A stretch of DNA of 64,000 bases from Malacoraja senta. Taxonomy: Eukaryota. A program made the position numbers and the translations under genes. This document shows, in pieces, positions 12,428-24,440 of this stretch; the first letter of the stretch is position 1, and every line of letters starts with the position of its first letter. The DNA lies in assembly GCA_038087875.1 (NCBI GenBank), contig CM075990.1:11410001-11474000 (forward strand), read 5' to 3'. The notes beneath the pieces were generated by a model. It was not told the origin of the DNA, ran no database searches, and saw nothing but the letters and a program-made list of their open reading frames with translations.

Positions 12428-14634
12428 CATTCTACATTAATCCTATGTATTTATTCTCCCCACATACCCTATCAACTCTTCCACAGATTCTACCACTCGC
12501 CTAGATTCAAATTAACCTGCTAACCCGCATGTCTTTGGGTTGTGGGAGGAAACCCGTGCATCCAGAGGAAACCCACGCGGTCACAGGGAGAACTTTCAAA
12601 GGTCAGTCAGATACGGTAATGTTTGAGGTCAAGATTTAGAGCAGGATTTCTGGCACTGTGAGACAGCAGGTCCATGAGACACCCCTGATTGTGCTGAGGC
12701 ACCTTAGGGTGCGATACATGCAACAGTAACACATTTAATGAACAATGATCACACAGTTATGGACCAGAGCTTGGCAATGGGATTGCTAGGGATGGTCCTA
12801 TTGACTTTTATAGATGTGATGAGTCGAATATTGTCACTGAGATCAATACATTTCAATGCTTGCTGAGAATACAGTTCCCTCACAAGAACCATGGCATCGT
12901 TTCAGATGTAGATGGTCAGATATTTCTATCATCATTCTATGGAGATGCAACCATTGAACATGTTCAAGCCTGATAGACAGATTGTTGGACCATAGCGGAA
13001 ACAAAGGGCTGGGGATTTCTGGCAGGGACATGGATCTGAGATTAAAGATATCTTTTGTTTCCTGTTCTTACTTTGCTTCATATGTTCAGATCTCGTTCAT
13101 CACACAAAGCCAATGGAAAGTTTGTTTTTTACTGACCTGTACAGCCATCCTCTCAATTAACCATCATGAAGTGATAAGGTGGCACATCACCTGAAATGTT
13201 CCACCCTTTATCACCAAAACAATTGTAGCAGACATTTTTAGAACTGTGTTTGGGGTAAACTGAAAGGGTGGAAGGATGACGGGTGCCAGGATGAAGACAA
13301 CCTGACCTTCTGTGTTTCATTGCATAGTGGCATTAACACAGCCAACAAGTTGTGGGAAGTCTGATTCATATCATTGGCAGCCTCATCAATCAATGTCATT
13401 GTAGGATCTTCCACCACACTGAAGGTTTCATCTGCTGCATATAAATTATAAATTGCCTGTGACTTGAGCCTGATCGGTTAATGAAACTCCAAAACATTCC
13501 TCTCAGTTTTGTGCAATTAGCTGAAAAATAACTTTAAAGTTCTTTTTAGCGCTCCAAAGTGATTTGGACCCATCCAATTAATAGTTGACGTGAACTTATT
13601 GTTACACTGTATGAAACAGGCAGCCACAATCAGCAGGGCAAGCACATGTTTTAAAGTGATTTTAAGAAGTAAATAATTGTCAAAATGGCAGTAGGATAGT
13701 GTTAGTTGTACGGGGATCACTGGTCGACGTGGACTCGGTGGGCCGAAGGGCATGTTTCCGCGCTGTATCTCTAAACTAAACTAAAATGTGGCGCCAGATA
13801 GGAATTCTCAACCTAAAGTCGACCCCTCAGACACTGCAGCACAGCCTCAGTACTATACTGCTGCACCAGAATGGCAATTAAACTCACAGCATTCTGAGGT
13901 AGAGTTTTGTCCTCCATGGTAATAATCCCAGGGTCTGCAGTAGTAATTGCCATCAGCTATCTCTCTGTGGCCACACTGTTGTTGCCTACCATGTATTCCA
14001 CGTTTTCTAGCAGACCTGATCACTGCATTTGCATCATATTGTACTGCCATCTATACAACAAAACTTTAGCTAAACCTATCTTTTCCTGATTAAAGAAAAT
14101 TGTCACTGTCAGCAGGGTACCAATGTTTCTTTCCTTCTCTTTAACCAAGCATAAACCCCTCTCCCAGAGCAGATGACATAAAGATGTATGTCTCCGGTAC
14201 CCAGGAGTGATGGACTTTGCACATTCATTATCTAAACTATTCAGGTGGTTTCCCGACCTTCCCCCAGGCGAGGAGTCTCTCACTGTGTGGAAAAAAGAAT
14301 TGACTTAACCCTTTCAATGAGAAGAGGTTGAAGAGGCTCGAGCTGAAATTGTGCAAAGCTAATTCTGCTCTGAGGGGGATAAAAGAACAAACAGGTTGAT
14401 AAATGGACTGTGGTGTAAACACATCAATGGAATGTTGCAACAAGGTGGTTAAACCTCCAGAATAGGAAGCAGCTCCTCCATATTTCATCCTTAATAGACC
14501 TGTTTTATTTTCACAGGTGAATGGCTGGCATATTGGAAGACAATATGAGGTGTTTGCAATGATGACAGTGATGCACAGATGTTGGTGGTCTAATCTTGCA
14601 ATGTTAAACTCGAATATCACCTCGGTCTTTTTCG

Positions 14635-14945
14635 TTTAGTTTAGCTTAGAGATACAGCGGGGAAACAGGCCGTTCGGCCCACCGAGTCAGCACCAACCAG
14701 CGACCCCCGCGCACTAACACTACCCTACACACACTAGGGACAATTTTACATTTATACCAAGCCAATTGACCCGTTACAATGTACAGAAGCTGTTTTGGGA
14801 GGAAACCAGAGCACTCGGAGAGAACCCACGTGATCACAATGAGAAAGTACAAACCCCGTACAGCGAGCAGCCATTGTCAGGATCGAACCTGGTTCTCTGG
14901 TGCTGTGAGGCAGCATCTCTAATGCTGCGCCATCATGCCACCCCA
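14635..14945 (-). mobile_element. HE1-type SINE
   Basis: Near full-length reverse complement of the SINE at 35217-35509. Confidence 0.85.
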
Positions 14946-15619
14946 TCTGAGGATATCTGAGAATCTGAGGGTAGTTAATGAAAATGTGGGACTGTTAAAA
15001 TAGGATGTGTGCATATGGAGGAGTATGTTTAGTACCGACTCAGTGAGCCAAAGGGGCTGCTTCCATGCTGTATGATATTTCACTGGCTTGTGGGCTTGGT
15101 GTGAAACTGGGAATCGAACTGTGCAGTGATTCTCGTGCGATATATAATTCAAGTTCAACAAAAAAAGCAATTACAAAGGAAAATCATGATATTACTGTGA
15201 GCACAAAGTCAGATTTTCATTCCGGATCTTCTGTGTATAAGGAAGAGGAGAGAGATAGAAACAAGGAACTGCATATATACTGGTCAATACACAAAAGGAT
15301 ACAACATGCTGGTATAACTCAGTGGGTCAGGCAGCATCTCTGGAGAACATGGATAGGTGGTGAAATGTGTAGATACTGGTCTACAATGAAGATACACACA
15401 CAATGCTGGATTACTCCAGCATTTTGAGTCTATCATATGGTTAGGTGGCATTTTGTGTTGAGACCCTTCTTCAGACTGATTGCATGGTGGGATGGAAGAA
15501 AGCTGGACAACGGGAGAGGCAGGACAAAGTGTGGCAGGTCAGGACAGAGGTGTTCAGCACAGGATCCCTTGGATATTTATTTACAAATGTTTGGCGGTCT
15601 CAAGAAACTGAAGTTTCAA

Positions 15620-15810
15620 ACGGTTCTTTATTCGGAAGTTCGGTTTTCAGTACACAGGTTATCTAGACACGTCTGGCCACATCGTTGGTCAGCGCTGAAC
15701 TGGCGTGCGAAAGTAAAACCGTGCGAAAACAAACAGCCCCTCCCGAGTCACGTGACAGCGGCTTCCGAACACCGGGTTCGATACGTGCGTGCGCCAGTAG
15801 GCGCCGCTAC
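15620..15810. promoter_or_regulatory. Small non-repeat CpG-rich patch with a palindromic E-box (GTCACGTGAC) and ETS-like sites
   Basis: GTCACGTGAC at 15747-15756, CGGAAGT near 15630, CTTCCG near 15763 and TGCGTGCGC near 15787. High CpG density, not matching any repeat seen in the window. Confidence 0.4.
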
Positions 15811-16004
15811 AAATGCACAGATTTATGGATGGTCAGGATCATGCATGAAGAAATGGCCTTTGCAGTGCTTAGGAGGAGTCTGCCAGCCAGACCAACCATG
15901 GATTCCAGCATTGAGAAATCACCTTGACCACCACTCTCTCTCCTTTCAATGAACTTTCACCCCTTTAGAATTACCTGGTTGTGATGGGTTGTTCTCTGCA
16001 AAAT

Positions 16005-16308
16005 GAAACATAGAAGCTTAGAAATATAGAAAATGGGTGCAGGAGTAGACCATTCGGCCCTTTGAGCCAGCACCACCATTCAATGTGATCATGGCTGATC
16101 ATCCTCAATCAGTCCTCCATTCCTGCCTTCTCCCCATATTCCTTGATTCCGCTAGCCCTAAGAGCTCTATCTAACTCTCTTTTGAATGCATCCAGAGAAT
16201 CGGCCTCCATTGCCTTCTGAGGCAGAGAAATCCACAAATTCACAACTCTCTGGGTTAAAAAAGTTTTTCCTCATCTCAGATCTAAATGGACTACCCCTTA
16301 TTCTTAAA
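16005..16308 (-). mobile_element. CR1 LINE 3' fragment
   Basis: Reverse complement of the CR1 3' UTR and ORF2 end. Confidence 0.8.
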
Positions 16309-16824
16309 AGGGGTGATTGGAGTAAGCTCAGTGAGGGAGCAGTGACTGTGAAATGTGAATCTCACGTTCGAGCCAGTGGACTCTGATTTTTCATCCATGA
16401 CTGTGTGCTTAATATCGGAATTTAAAACCTCATAGAAATTGTTTAATTACCCAATGATCAAGAGCTGGAAATTAATTACACAACTATCTTGCCAATCAAT
16501 AGTGCAGAGATATTTTAAGCCTTTGATAGAAATGCGAGATGGAGATTTCTCGAATGCAGTTGAATATTTTACAGAATTCTTTCTCTCATAGGTTTGTGGT
16601 TGTTTTGTGCCTATCTGCTTACCCCCAGCTTTGTTCTCAACCAGCACATTTGGGTAGAAATAGATAATTTCACTCTGATTTTTGCCAGCACTGGCTCTTT
16701 TAAATGTATTTATATTTCTGCTAATGATAAGTTAGTAGGTTGGAAAAGCTAAAGTGCCTTTCTTCCGAAGATCTGCAGAGATTAGTAGACAAGAGTCAAG
16801 AGAATCAATATTTTATTATTAGTA

Positions 16825-17060
16825 GAAACAAGGAACTGCAGGTGCTGGTTTATAGACCAAAGATTTATAGACACAAAGTGCTGGAGTAACTCAATGGGAC
16901 AGGCAGAATCTCTGGAGAAAAAAGAAGGGTGATATTTCGGGTTGGTACCCTTCTTCTTCTTCCGGTCTGAAGAAGGGTCCCAAACCGTAACGTAACCCAT
17001 CCTTTTTCTCCAGAGATACTGCCTGACCTGCTGAGTTACTCCAGCAATTTGGGTCTATCT
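16825..17060. mobile_element. Inverted (fold-back) Penelope-like repeat
   Basis: A minus arm 'ggaactgcag..tgctggagtaactca..ctggagaaaaa' and a plus arm 'tctgaagaagggtccc..ctccagagatactgcctgacctgctgagttactccagca' face outward from the hammerhead-like region. Confidence 0.75.
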
Positions 17061-18784
17061 TTTGTGTTTTGTTGTCATTTGTACCAAAAGGAACAATGAA
17101 ATTCTTACTTCCAGTAACACAGCAGGTTTGTAAATATAGTACTCAAGAGATGACACAATAAACATAGAAATGTTCGATAAAAACCCCCCAATATAGTGCA
17201 AAAAACAATACTCTGCCTGGTCTCCGGTGCAACCAAGGCAGTTCATAGTTCAGAGTTGAGCTGCAGTTCACAGTATTCAGTAGGCCAATGGTCAAAGATG
17301 TCCGTGAACCTGGACATTACAGTTTCAGACTCCTGTACCTCATTCCCAATGGCAGGAGTTAAATGAGAGTGTGGCCAGGGTGGTGTGGGTTCTGACAATG
17401 TTGACTGTATTTTTGAGACACCGCCTCCTATAGATCTCTTCCATGGTGGGGAGGTCAGTCCCTGTGATTGACCAGGCCGTATTTACCACTTTTTGTCACC
17501 TCCTTCGTTCCTAGCATTGACTCAAGCGAGCTCAGACTCTGGGAAAGTTCATGTTCATAAGCTCATAAGTTATAGGAGCAGAAATAGACCATTCAGCCCA
17601 TCAAGTCTACTCCACCATTCAATCATGGCTGATCTATCTTCCCCTCTCAGCCCCATTCTCCTGCCTTCTCCCCATAACCCCTGACACATGTACTAATCAA
17701 GAATCTATCAATCTCCGCCTTAAAAATATCCATTGACTTGGCCTCCACAGCCTTATCTGGGAAAGATGTGGGCCTTTTAGGACTAAGGAGAAATGTCTTT
17801 AAGTTAAGAGGCTGTGAAACGTTGGCGTTCTCTGGCTCAGAGGGCTATGGATGCAGTTGTTATGTATTCTCACGGCTGAGGTCGATGAGATTTTGTAAAC
17901 TAGAATTAATGAGAGATTTAGGTGCTTGGGCTGAAAATGGATATGGTGGGAGTCTGCACAAGGGGTGACTTATTATTTCTTATCTTTTTATGTACTTTAA
18001 TCAGTTAAAGAGAAAAGCAAGATTTACATTTCATGCAAATATCTCATCAGCCCTCTCAAATACTTCACAGACTGTGGCATTAAAGATCGCAGATGCTGTT
18101 CTGCAAGCAATAAACTTTTATCTTCAGCAGATAAGCCTAAAAATAGTCTAAATGTAGCAGAGTTCCATTACTATCTGCAGGAATGCAATGGATAGTGTAG
18201 AACAATGTTAATCTTTATGATCATCAGAACTGAGTGTGCTGGGTGACTGGTGAATTGCTCACTTTAGGTACAGCAAGCATAAGTCTTTCCATCGAGATAA
18301 TTACAGCTCAATAAAATAATAAATCCTCCAGTGATGATGTTGAAACTCCAATAACAGCTCTAATATAAAATGCTAAACTCCATGGTCCTGTCCTATGCGG
18401 GTCTTTTGAAGTCTATGAATGCTGGATCGTAATACCGTCTAAATGTTGACCATTTTTTATTCCTCCACTGATATAGTAGGAGTCTACACAAGGGGTGACT
18501 TATTATTTCTTGCCTAACCCTAACGACTTCTTCCAGCTGGTTATATTTTTGCCTTGTGTGAGTAGTGTTATTCTCTCATTAGATTATCTGTTGTAACAAC
18601 CTTCTTACTGATGTTCACTTCAAGGTTTTTATTTGCATTGAATTACATGGTTTCTGGGGGTCTAATAAGGGCGGTAAAAGATACTGGCTGAGCCTGCGAT
18701 TCATACATGTAAAGTTGAGGAGATTTTGACTGCCAACATAAAACATCACCTATCCATGTCCACCAGAGATGCTGGATCTCAGGA

Positions 18785-19240
18785 GGACGGCACGGTGGCA
18801 CAGCGGTAGAGTTGCTGGCTTACAGCGCTTGTGGCGCCGGAGACCCGGGATCGATCCCGACTATGGGTTCTGCCTGTACGGAGGTTGTACGTTCTCCTCG
18901 TAACCGCAAGGGTTTTCATCGAGATCTTCGGTTTCCTCCCGCACTGCAAAGACGTACAGCTTTGTAGGTTAATTGGCTTGGTACAATACAATACAATACA
19001 ATACGGTTTTATTCATCACATTGCACATAAAGTGCAAGTGAAATGAATTTGCCATGATAAAGAACACACAACACACAATAAAAAATTAACACAAACATCC
19101 ACCACAGCATTCATCACTGTGGTGGAAGGCACAAGTGTGTATTGGCCCTAGTGTGTGTAGGCTAGCGTTAGTGTGCGGGGATTGCTGGTCCATGCGGACT
19201 TGGTGGGCCGAAGGGCCTGTTTTCGCGTTGTATCTCTAAA
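18785..19240 (+). mobile_element. HE1-type SINE interrupted by a retroposon 3' end (approx. 18982-19133, minus)
   Basis: SINE head and tail are intact on either side of a (TACAA)n-tailed insert that resembles the 3' end of 6373-7206. Confidence 0.85.
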
Positions 19241-19625
19241 TTTTTAAAAAACGAAACAAAATAAGGACAAAGACATTCCTCCTGAATTATCTACCACAGG
19301 GATAATGATTAGTATTTATTCTTCAGTTGTAATGACCTGTAACTCTGTTCCTCCATTAAACTCCTGCATAAATTTAAGCACCTCCATTAGGAAACCCTAC
19401 AGTCTTCTCCCTTTTAAGTCAATTGATTCCCAGTATATTAAATCGTTGCCCTGTGGCTGTAACATCTCATGTCTAGTTTAAATTTTGCACCTTCCCCCAG
19501 TCCTCTCCTTTCCTCTTATGTTAACAAGATCACAGCTAGTCATAGTATTCCAATCAAGGTTTGATAGTATTTCATGGCACTCCCTCCTTTTCAATTCTAG
19601 ACATCTGAAATGACCTCCAGTGCCA

Positions 19626-20490
19626 TCTATATAACTAAAAGTCTCATCTTGACCACTTCCTTAGAAAAAATGCTACCATATATCGCCATGATTTGTGGCC
19701 ATCTTACTCACAGTCCTCCTCTGCTGAGGCAGCCCCGAAGATTTTTAAGATCGATGAAAAAAAAAAGTTATAAATGTTTAAAAAATCTTGAGATCAGCTG
19801 ATTGGTCCTCTCACCTGTCAATCACCAGGATGAAGGTAACGCCCCTTCCGGGGGGGCCAGGAGTATAAAGCCCAAATGGTATGAAATTGCATTTGAATTT
19901 GGTGGCCTGCACTCTGCTTGAAATGGTATGAAATTGCATTTGAATTTGGTGGCCTGCACTCTGCTTGAAATGGTATGAAATTGAATTTGAATTTGGTGGC
20001 CTGCACTCGGCTTGAAATGGTATGAAATTGCATTTGGATTTGTTGGCCTGTACTCTGCTTGAAATGGTATGAAATTGAATTTGGTAGCCTGCACTCAGCC
20101 TTAAATGGTATTTCAAGGAATAGCCGTGAGTGAACTGCCAGCCCACCAGGCCTGAGTGACTGAACTGCCAGCCCACCAGACCTGAGTGACTGAACTGCCA
20201 GCCCACCAGGCCTGAGTGACTGAACTGCCAGCCCACCAGGCCTGAGTGACTGAACTGCCAGCCCACCAGGCCTGAATGACTGAACTGCCAGCCCACCAGG
20301 CCTGAATGACTGTCCATACTAGCCCTCTGGAAACCAGTCCCTTTGGCCCTCAACACCCATACCAGTGCACCAGAAAGCCCCCCCCCCCCACTGGCCACCA
20401 ATATTGGAATTGGTGGAGAGGTGGAATATTGCGTTGGGGGACCAGCCCTCCCATGTGAACATGGGACCCAACTGGTCCCACTTAGTCTAG
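19626..20490 (+). mobile_element. Non-autonomous Helitron carrying two minisatellites
   Basis: Starts A|TCTATATAACTAAAAG and ends with hairpin GGGACCCAACTGGTCCC then CTAG|T. Inserted between host A and T with no TSD. Confidence 0.88.
19874..20312. repeat. Minisatellites inside the Helitron: ~47-bp unit (about 5 copies) and 30-bp unit (about 6 copies)
   Basis: 'aaatggtatgaaattgcatttgaatttggtggcctgcactctgcttg' repeats, then 'gagtgactgaactgccagcccaccaggcct' repeats. Confidence 0.95.
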
Positions 20491-20570
20491 TATTTATATA
20501 TATTTGTAATGGTCCTATGAACCTACATTGCTATTTTTGATTGTTTCTGTTGCTTTTATCTTGCTTCATA

Positions 20571-22537
20571 TCAAGTCAAGTCAAGTGAGTTTATTGTCAT
20601 GTGTCTCTGATAGGACAATGAAATTCTTGCTTTGCTTTAGCACAACAGAACATAGTAGGCATTGACTACAAGGCATTCTATAAATATATACACACATGAA
20701 TCAATATACTGATAAAGTGCAAATAACAGTATTGGCTAATAAGGTTCAGTGTTATGTCCGAGCCAGGTTTAATAGCCTGATGGCTGTGGGGAAGTAGCTA
20801 TTCCTGAACCTGGTCGTTGCAGTCTTCAGGCTCCTGTACCTTCTACCTGAAGGTAGTAGGGAGATGAGTGTGTGGCCAGGATGGTGTGGGTCCTTGATGA
20901 TACTGCCAGCCTTTTTGAGGCAGCGACTGTGATAGATCCCCTCGATGGAAGGGAGGTCAGAGCCAATGATGGACTGGGCAGTGTTTACTACTTTTTGTAG
21001 TCTTTTCCTCTCCAGGACGCTCAAGTTGCCGAACCAAGCCACGATGCAACCGGTCAGCATGCTCTCTACTGTGCACCTGTAGAAGTTAGAGAGAGTCCTC
21101 CTTGACAAACCGACTCTCCGTAATCTTCTCAGGAAGTAGAGGCGCTGATGTGCTTTCTTAATAATGGCATCAGTGTTCTCGGACCAGGAAAGATCTTCAG
21201 AGATGTGCACGCCCAGGAATTTGAAGCTCTTGACCCTTTCAACCATCGACCCGTTGATATAAACGGGACTGTGGGTCCCCATCCTACTCCTTCCAAAGTC
21301 CACAATCAGTTCCTTGGTTTTGCTGGTGTTGAGGGCCAGGTTATTGTGCTGGCACTTTATGGACAGTTGCTCGATCTCTCTTCTATACTCTGACTCATCC
21401 CCATCAGTGATACGTCCCACAACAGTGGTGTCGTCAGCGAACTTGATGATTGAGTTCGCACTATGTCCGGCTACGCAATCATTAGTATAGAGTGAGTACA
21501 GCAGGGGGCTGAGCACGCAGCCTTGAGGTGCTCCCGTGCTGATTGTTATCGAGGCTGACACTTTTCCACCAATATGAACAGACTGTGGTCTGAGAATGAG
21601 GAAGTCGAGGATCCAATTGCAGAGGGATGCGCAGAGACCCAGTTCTGCGAGTTTGGTAACCAGCTTGGAGGGGATAATTGTATTAAATGCCAAGCTGTAA
21701 TCGATGAATAACAGCCTGACATATGAGTTTTTGTTGTCCAAGTGGTCCAGAGCGGAGTGGAGGGCCAGCGAGATCGCATCCACCGTTGATCTGTTGTGGC
21801 GGTAAGCGAACTGCAGTGGGTCCAGGTTTTTGTCGAGGTAGGAGTTGATCTGCGTCATGATCAACCTCTCAAAGCACTTCATCACAACAGGCGTTAGTGC
21901 CACAGGTCGATAGTCATTGAGGCACGTCACCTTACTCTTCTTGGGCACTGGTATAATTGATGCCCTTTTGAAGCAGGTGGGAACCTCAGACCTCAGAAGT
22001 GAGAGGTTGAAAATGTCCGTAAAAACTCCAGCCAGTTGGTCCGCACAGGTTTTTAGAACACGACCAGGTATACCATCAGGTCCAGGCGCTTTTCGAGGGT
22101 TCACCCCTCTGAAGGATTTCCTGACGTCGGCCTCTGTGACTGAGACTGAAATACCATCACGGCGAATGGGGGCTCGGCAAGGCACATCGGTGTTCTCCCT
22201 ATCAAAGCGTGCGTAAAACGCATTGAGCTCATCAGGGAGTGATGTTTCGCCGACATTCGAGCTCCCTCCTGATTTCGCCTTGTAAGAGGTGATTGCATTC
22301 AGGCCCTGCCACAGCCGCCGAACATCTGTCTCTTCCTCCAGTTTGGAGCAGAAGTCCCTTTTGGCCTTTTTGATGGCCTTACCAAGGTCGTATCTGGACT
22401 TCTTGTAGGCCACTGTATCATCAGACATGAATGCCCAGTGTCTGGACTTCAGAAGAGTGCGGATCTCAAAGTTCATCCAAGGTTTCTGATTGGGAAACGC
22501 TCGGAAGGTTTTGGTGGGGATGCAGTCCTCCACACAC
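20571..22537 (-). mobile_element. Rex1/Babar-type non-LTR retrotransposon, 5'-truncated
   Basis: Long RT ORF, 3' UTR ending 'tgacaataaa' and a (CTTGA)n tail at 20571-20586. Confidence 0.88.
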
Positions 22538-22548
22538 AATAAGACCAT
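20752..22548 (-). CDS. LINE reverse transcriptase (Rex1/Babar type), uninterrupted 598-codon frame, endonuclease domain absent
   Basis: RT motifs KAPGPDGIP, YRPVAL, QFAYR, LFIDYS..FNTI, GAPQGCVLSPLLY and KFADD. The true start is missing because of 5' truncation. Confidence 0.9.
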   Translation of the reverse strand: MVLLCVEDCIPTKTFRAFPNQKPWMNFEIRTLLKSRHWAFMSDDTVAYKKSRYDLGKAIKKAKRDFCSKLEEETDVRRLWQGLNAITSYKAKSGGSSNVGETSLPDELNAFYARFDRENTDVPCRAPIRRDGISVSVTEADVRKSFRGVNPRKAPGPDGIPGRVLKTCADQLAGVFTDIFNLSLLRSEVPTCFKRASIIPVPKKSKVTCLNDYRPVALTPVVMKCFERLIMTQINSYLDKNLDPLQFAYRHNRSTVDAISLALHSALDHLDNKNSYVRLLFIDYSLAFNTIIPSKLVTKLAELGLCASLCNWILDFLILRPQSVHIGGKVSASITISTGAPQGCVLSPLLYSLYTNDCVAGHSANSIIKFADDTTVVGRITDGDESEYRREIEQLSIKCQHNNLALNTSKTKELIVDFGRSRMGTHSPVYINGSMVERVKSFKFLGVHISEDLSWSENTDAIIKKAHQRLYFLRRLRRVGLSRRTLSNFYRCTVESMLTGCIVAWFGNLSVLERKRLQKVVNTAQSIIGSDLPSIEGIYHSRCLKKAGSIIKDPHHPGHTLISLLPSGRRYRSLKTATTRFRNSYFPTAIRLLNLART

Positions 22549-22584
22549 TTTGAAGTTTTTTAGACGCAGTGTAAGTGAAACATG

Positions 22585-22968
22585 GAGTCATAGAGACGTT
22601 CAGCACGGAATCAGGCCCTTCGGCCCAACTTGTGCATGCCAGCCAGGTTTTATAATTGAGCTAATCCCATTTGCCTGCTTTTGCCCCTTATGTGTCTAAA
22701 TTATTTCCTGTCCATGTACCTGTCCAAATGACTTTTTACACATCAACATTGAACCCACCTCTATAGCTTCCTCAGGCAACTCGCTCCATATACTCACCAC
22801 CCTCTGTGTAAAGAAATTGCCCCATGATCCCTTTTAAATCTTTTCCATCTCACCTGATACCTCCTCCAGCAGCTCGTTCCACACACACACCACCCTTTGT
22901 GTGAAAACGTTACCCCTCAGGTTCCTATTAAATCTTTCCCCCTTCACCTTAAACTGATGTCCCCTGGT
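22585..22968 (-). mobile_element. CR1 3' fragments (two overlapping pieces)
   Basis: Minus-strand translation HQFKVKGERFNRNLRGNVFTQRVVCVWNEL and a CR1-type 3' UTR. Confidence 0.75.
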
Positions 22969-23894
22969 TAGTGAGATGTGGGAGATGGTTAGGACATGCA
23001 AGCCTTCCCTTTGCAACCACACCCAACTGCTGCCAGAGAATACAGTGAGTAGTTCTGGGGCACCTCCTCTTTGGAGAGATATCTTGGCTTTGGAGGGAGT
23101 GGTGTGTAGATTTATCGGAAGCATAACCAAGCTCTAAGGGTTAAAGAGAAAGAAGGGAGATCTGAGCAGCCTGTGTAGATGGCAATGAGTCATTCTCTCC
23201 TTCGAGTGAACTCTTTGGCAAGAGCCTTTGTTTTACTTCTGTGGAATGTTTGCTGCCAACCACAAACGTGCGAACACTGGACGGCAGTCAGGACATTGCT
23301 GGAAAATCCAGCTCCAAGATTCTGAAACGGTCTTCCTGCTCCTAATGCCAAGATCCTTCTGGCTCTGTCACTGCTTTCCCCTCCGCTGATCTCCACGGGA
23401 GCTGCGTCCCATGTTTCCAATCAATGCCCAAACACTTCATCACCTTTTCTTTGCAGTTTCCATGCACGCTGTTGCATGTTTAGAGAATATACGAGCAGGA
23501 ATAGTACAATGATTCAGTGGGTAGAGTTGACGCCTCACTGCTCGAGTGACCCAGTTCAATCCTGACCTTCCGTGCTCTCTGTGTGGAGTTCGCACATTCT
23601 TCCTGTGACCGTATGGATTTCTCTCGAGTGCTCACTTACCTTTGTACATCCCCGTGGTTGGTAATTCAATTGACCGCTGTGAATTATCCCTAGAATAGGT
23701 GGGTGTTAAAAAAAATCAGGCTGAAATAGATAAAGAGATGCTAGGAACTGCAGGTGCTAGTTTACAAATAAAGACAAAATGTGCTGGAGTAACTCAGCAG
23801 GTTAGACAGTATCTCTGGCGAGCATGGAGCATAGGTAAGGTTTTGGGTTGGGATCCTTCATCAGATTGATTGTGTTGCGGTGTGAAGAATAACC

Positions 23895-24440
23895 CCAAAT
23901 CAGAGGAAGGACATTATTGCCATAGAGGGAGTGCAGAGAAGGTTCACCAGACTGATTCCTGGGATGTCAGGACTGTCTTATGAAGAAAGACTGGATAGAC
24001 TTGGTTTATACTCTCTAGAATTTAGGAGATTGAGAGGGGATCATATAGAAACGTACAAAATTCTTAAGGGGTTGGACAGGCTAGATGCAGGAAGATTGCT
24101 CCTGATGTTGGGGAAGTCCAGGACAAGGGGTCACAGCTTAAGGATAAGGGGGAAATCCTTTAAAACCGAGATGAGAAGAACTTTTTTCACACAGAGAGTG
24201 GTGAATCTCTGGAACTCTCTGCCACAGAGGGTAGTCGAGGCCAGTTCATTGGCTATATTTAAGAGGGAGTTAGATGTGGCCCTTGTGGCTAAAGGGATCA
24301 GAGGGTACGGAGAGAAGGCAGGTACGGGATACTGAGTTGGATGATCAGCCATGATCATACTGAATGGCGGTGCAGGCTCGAAGGGCCGAATGGCCTACTC
24401 CTGCACCTAATTTCTATGTTTCTATGTGTCTATGTTTCTA
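23895..24440 (+). mobile_element. Young CR1/HER1-like LINE 3' end, inserted between the arms of a Penelope-like repeat
   Basis: Open ORF2 C-terminus nearly identical to 30170-30716 with (TTCTATGT)n tail. Penelope-like arms lie at about 23740-23870 and 24440-24525. Confidence 0.92.

Noticed and set aside
15437..15952. 171-aa ORF
   Set aside because: It begins in a Penelope-like repeat and runs through a GC-rich patch, with no recognisable protein family.
19811..20401. ORFs with repeated SHSGLVGWQF or QFHTISSRVQA peptides
   Set aside because: They are translations of minisatellites inside a Helitron.
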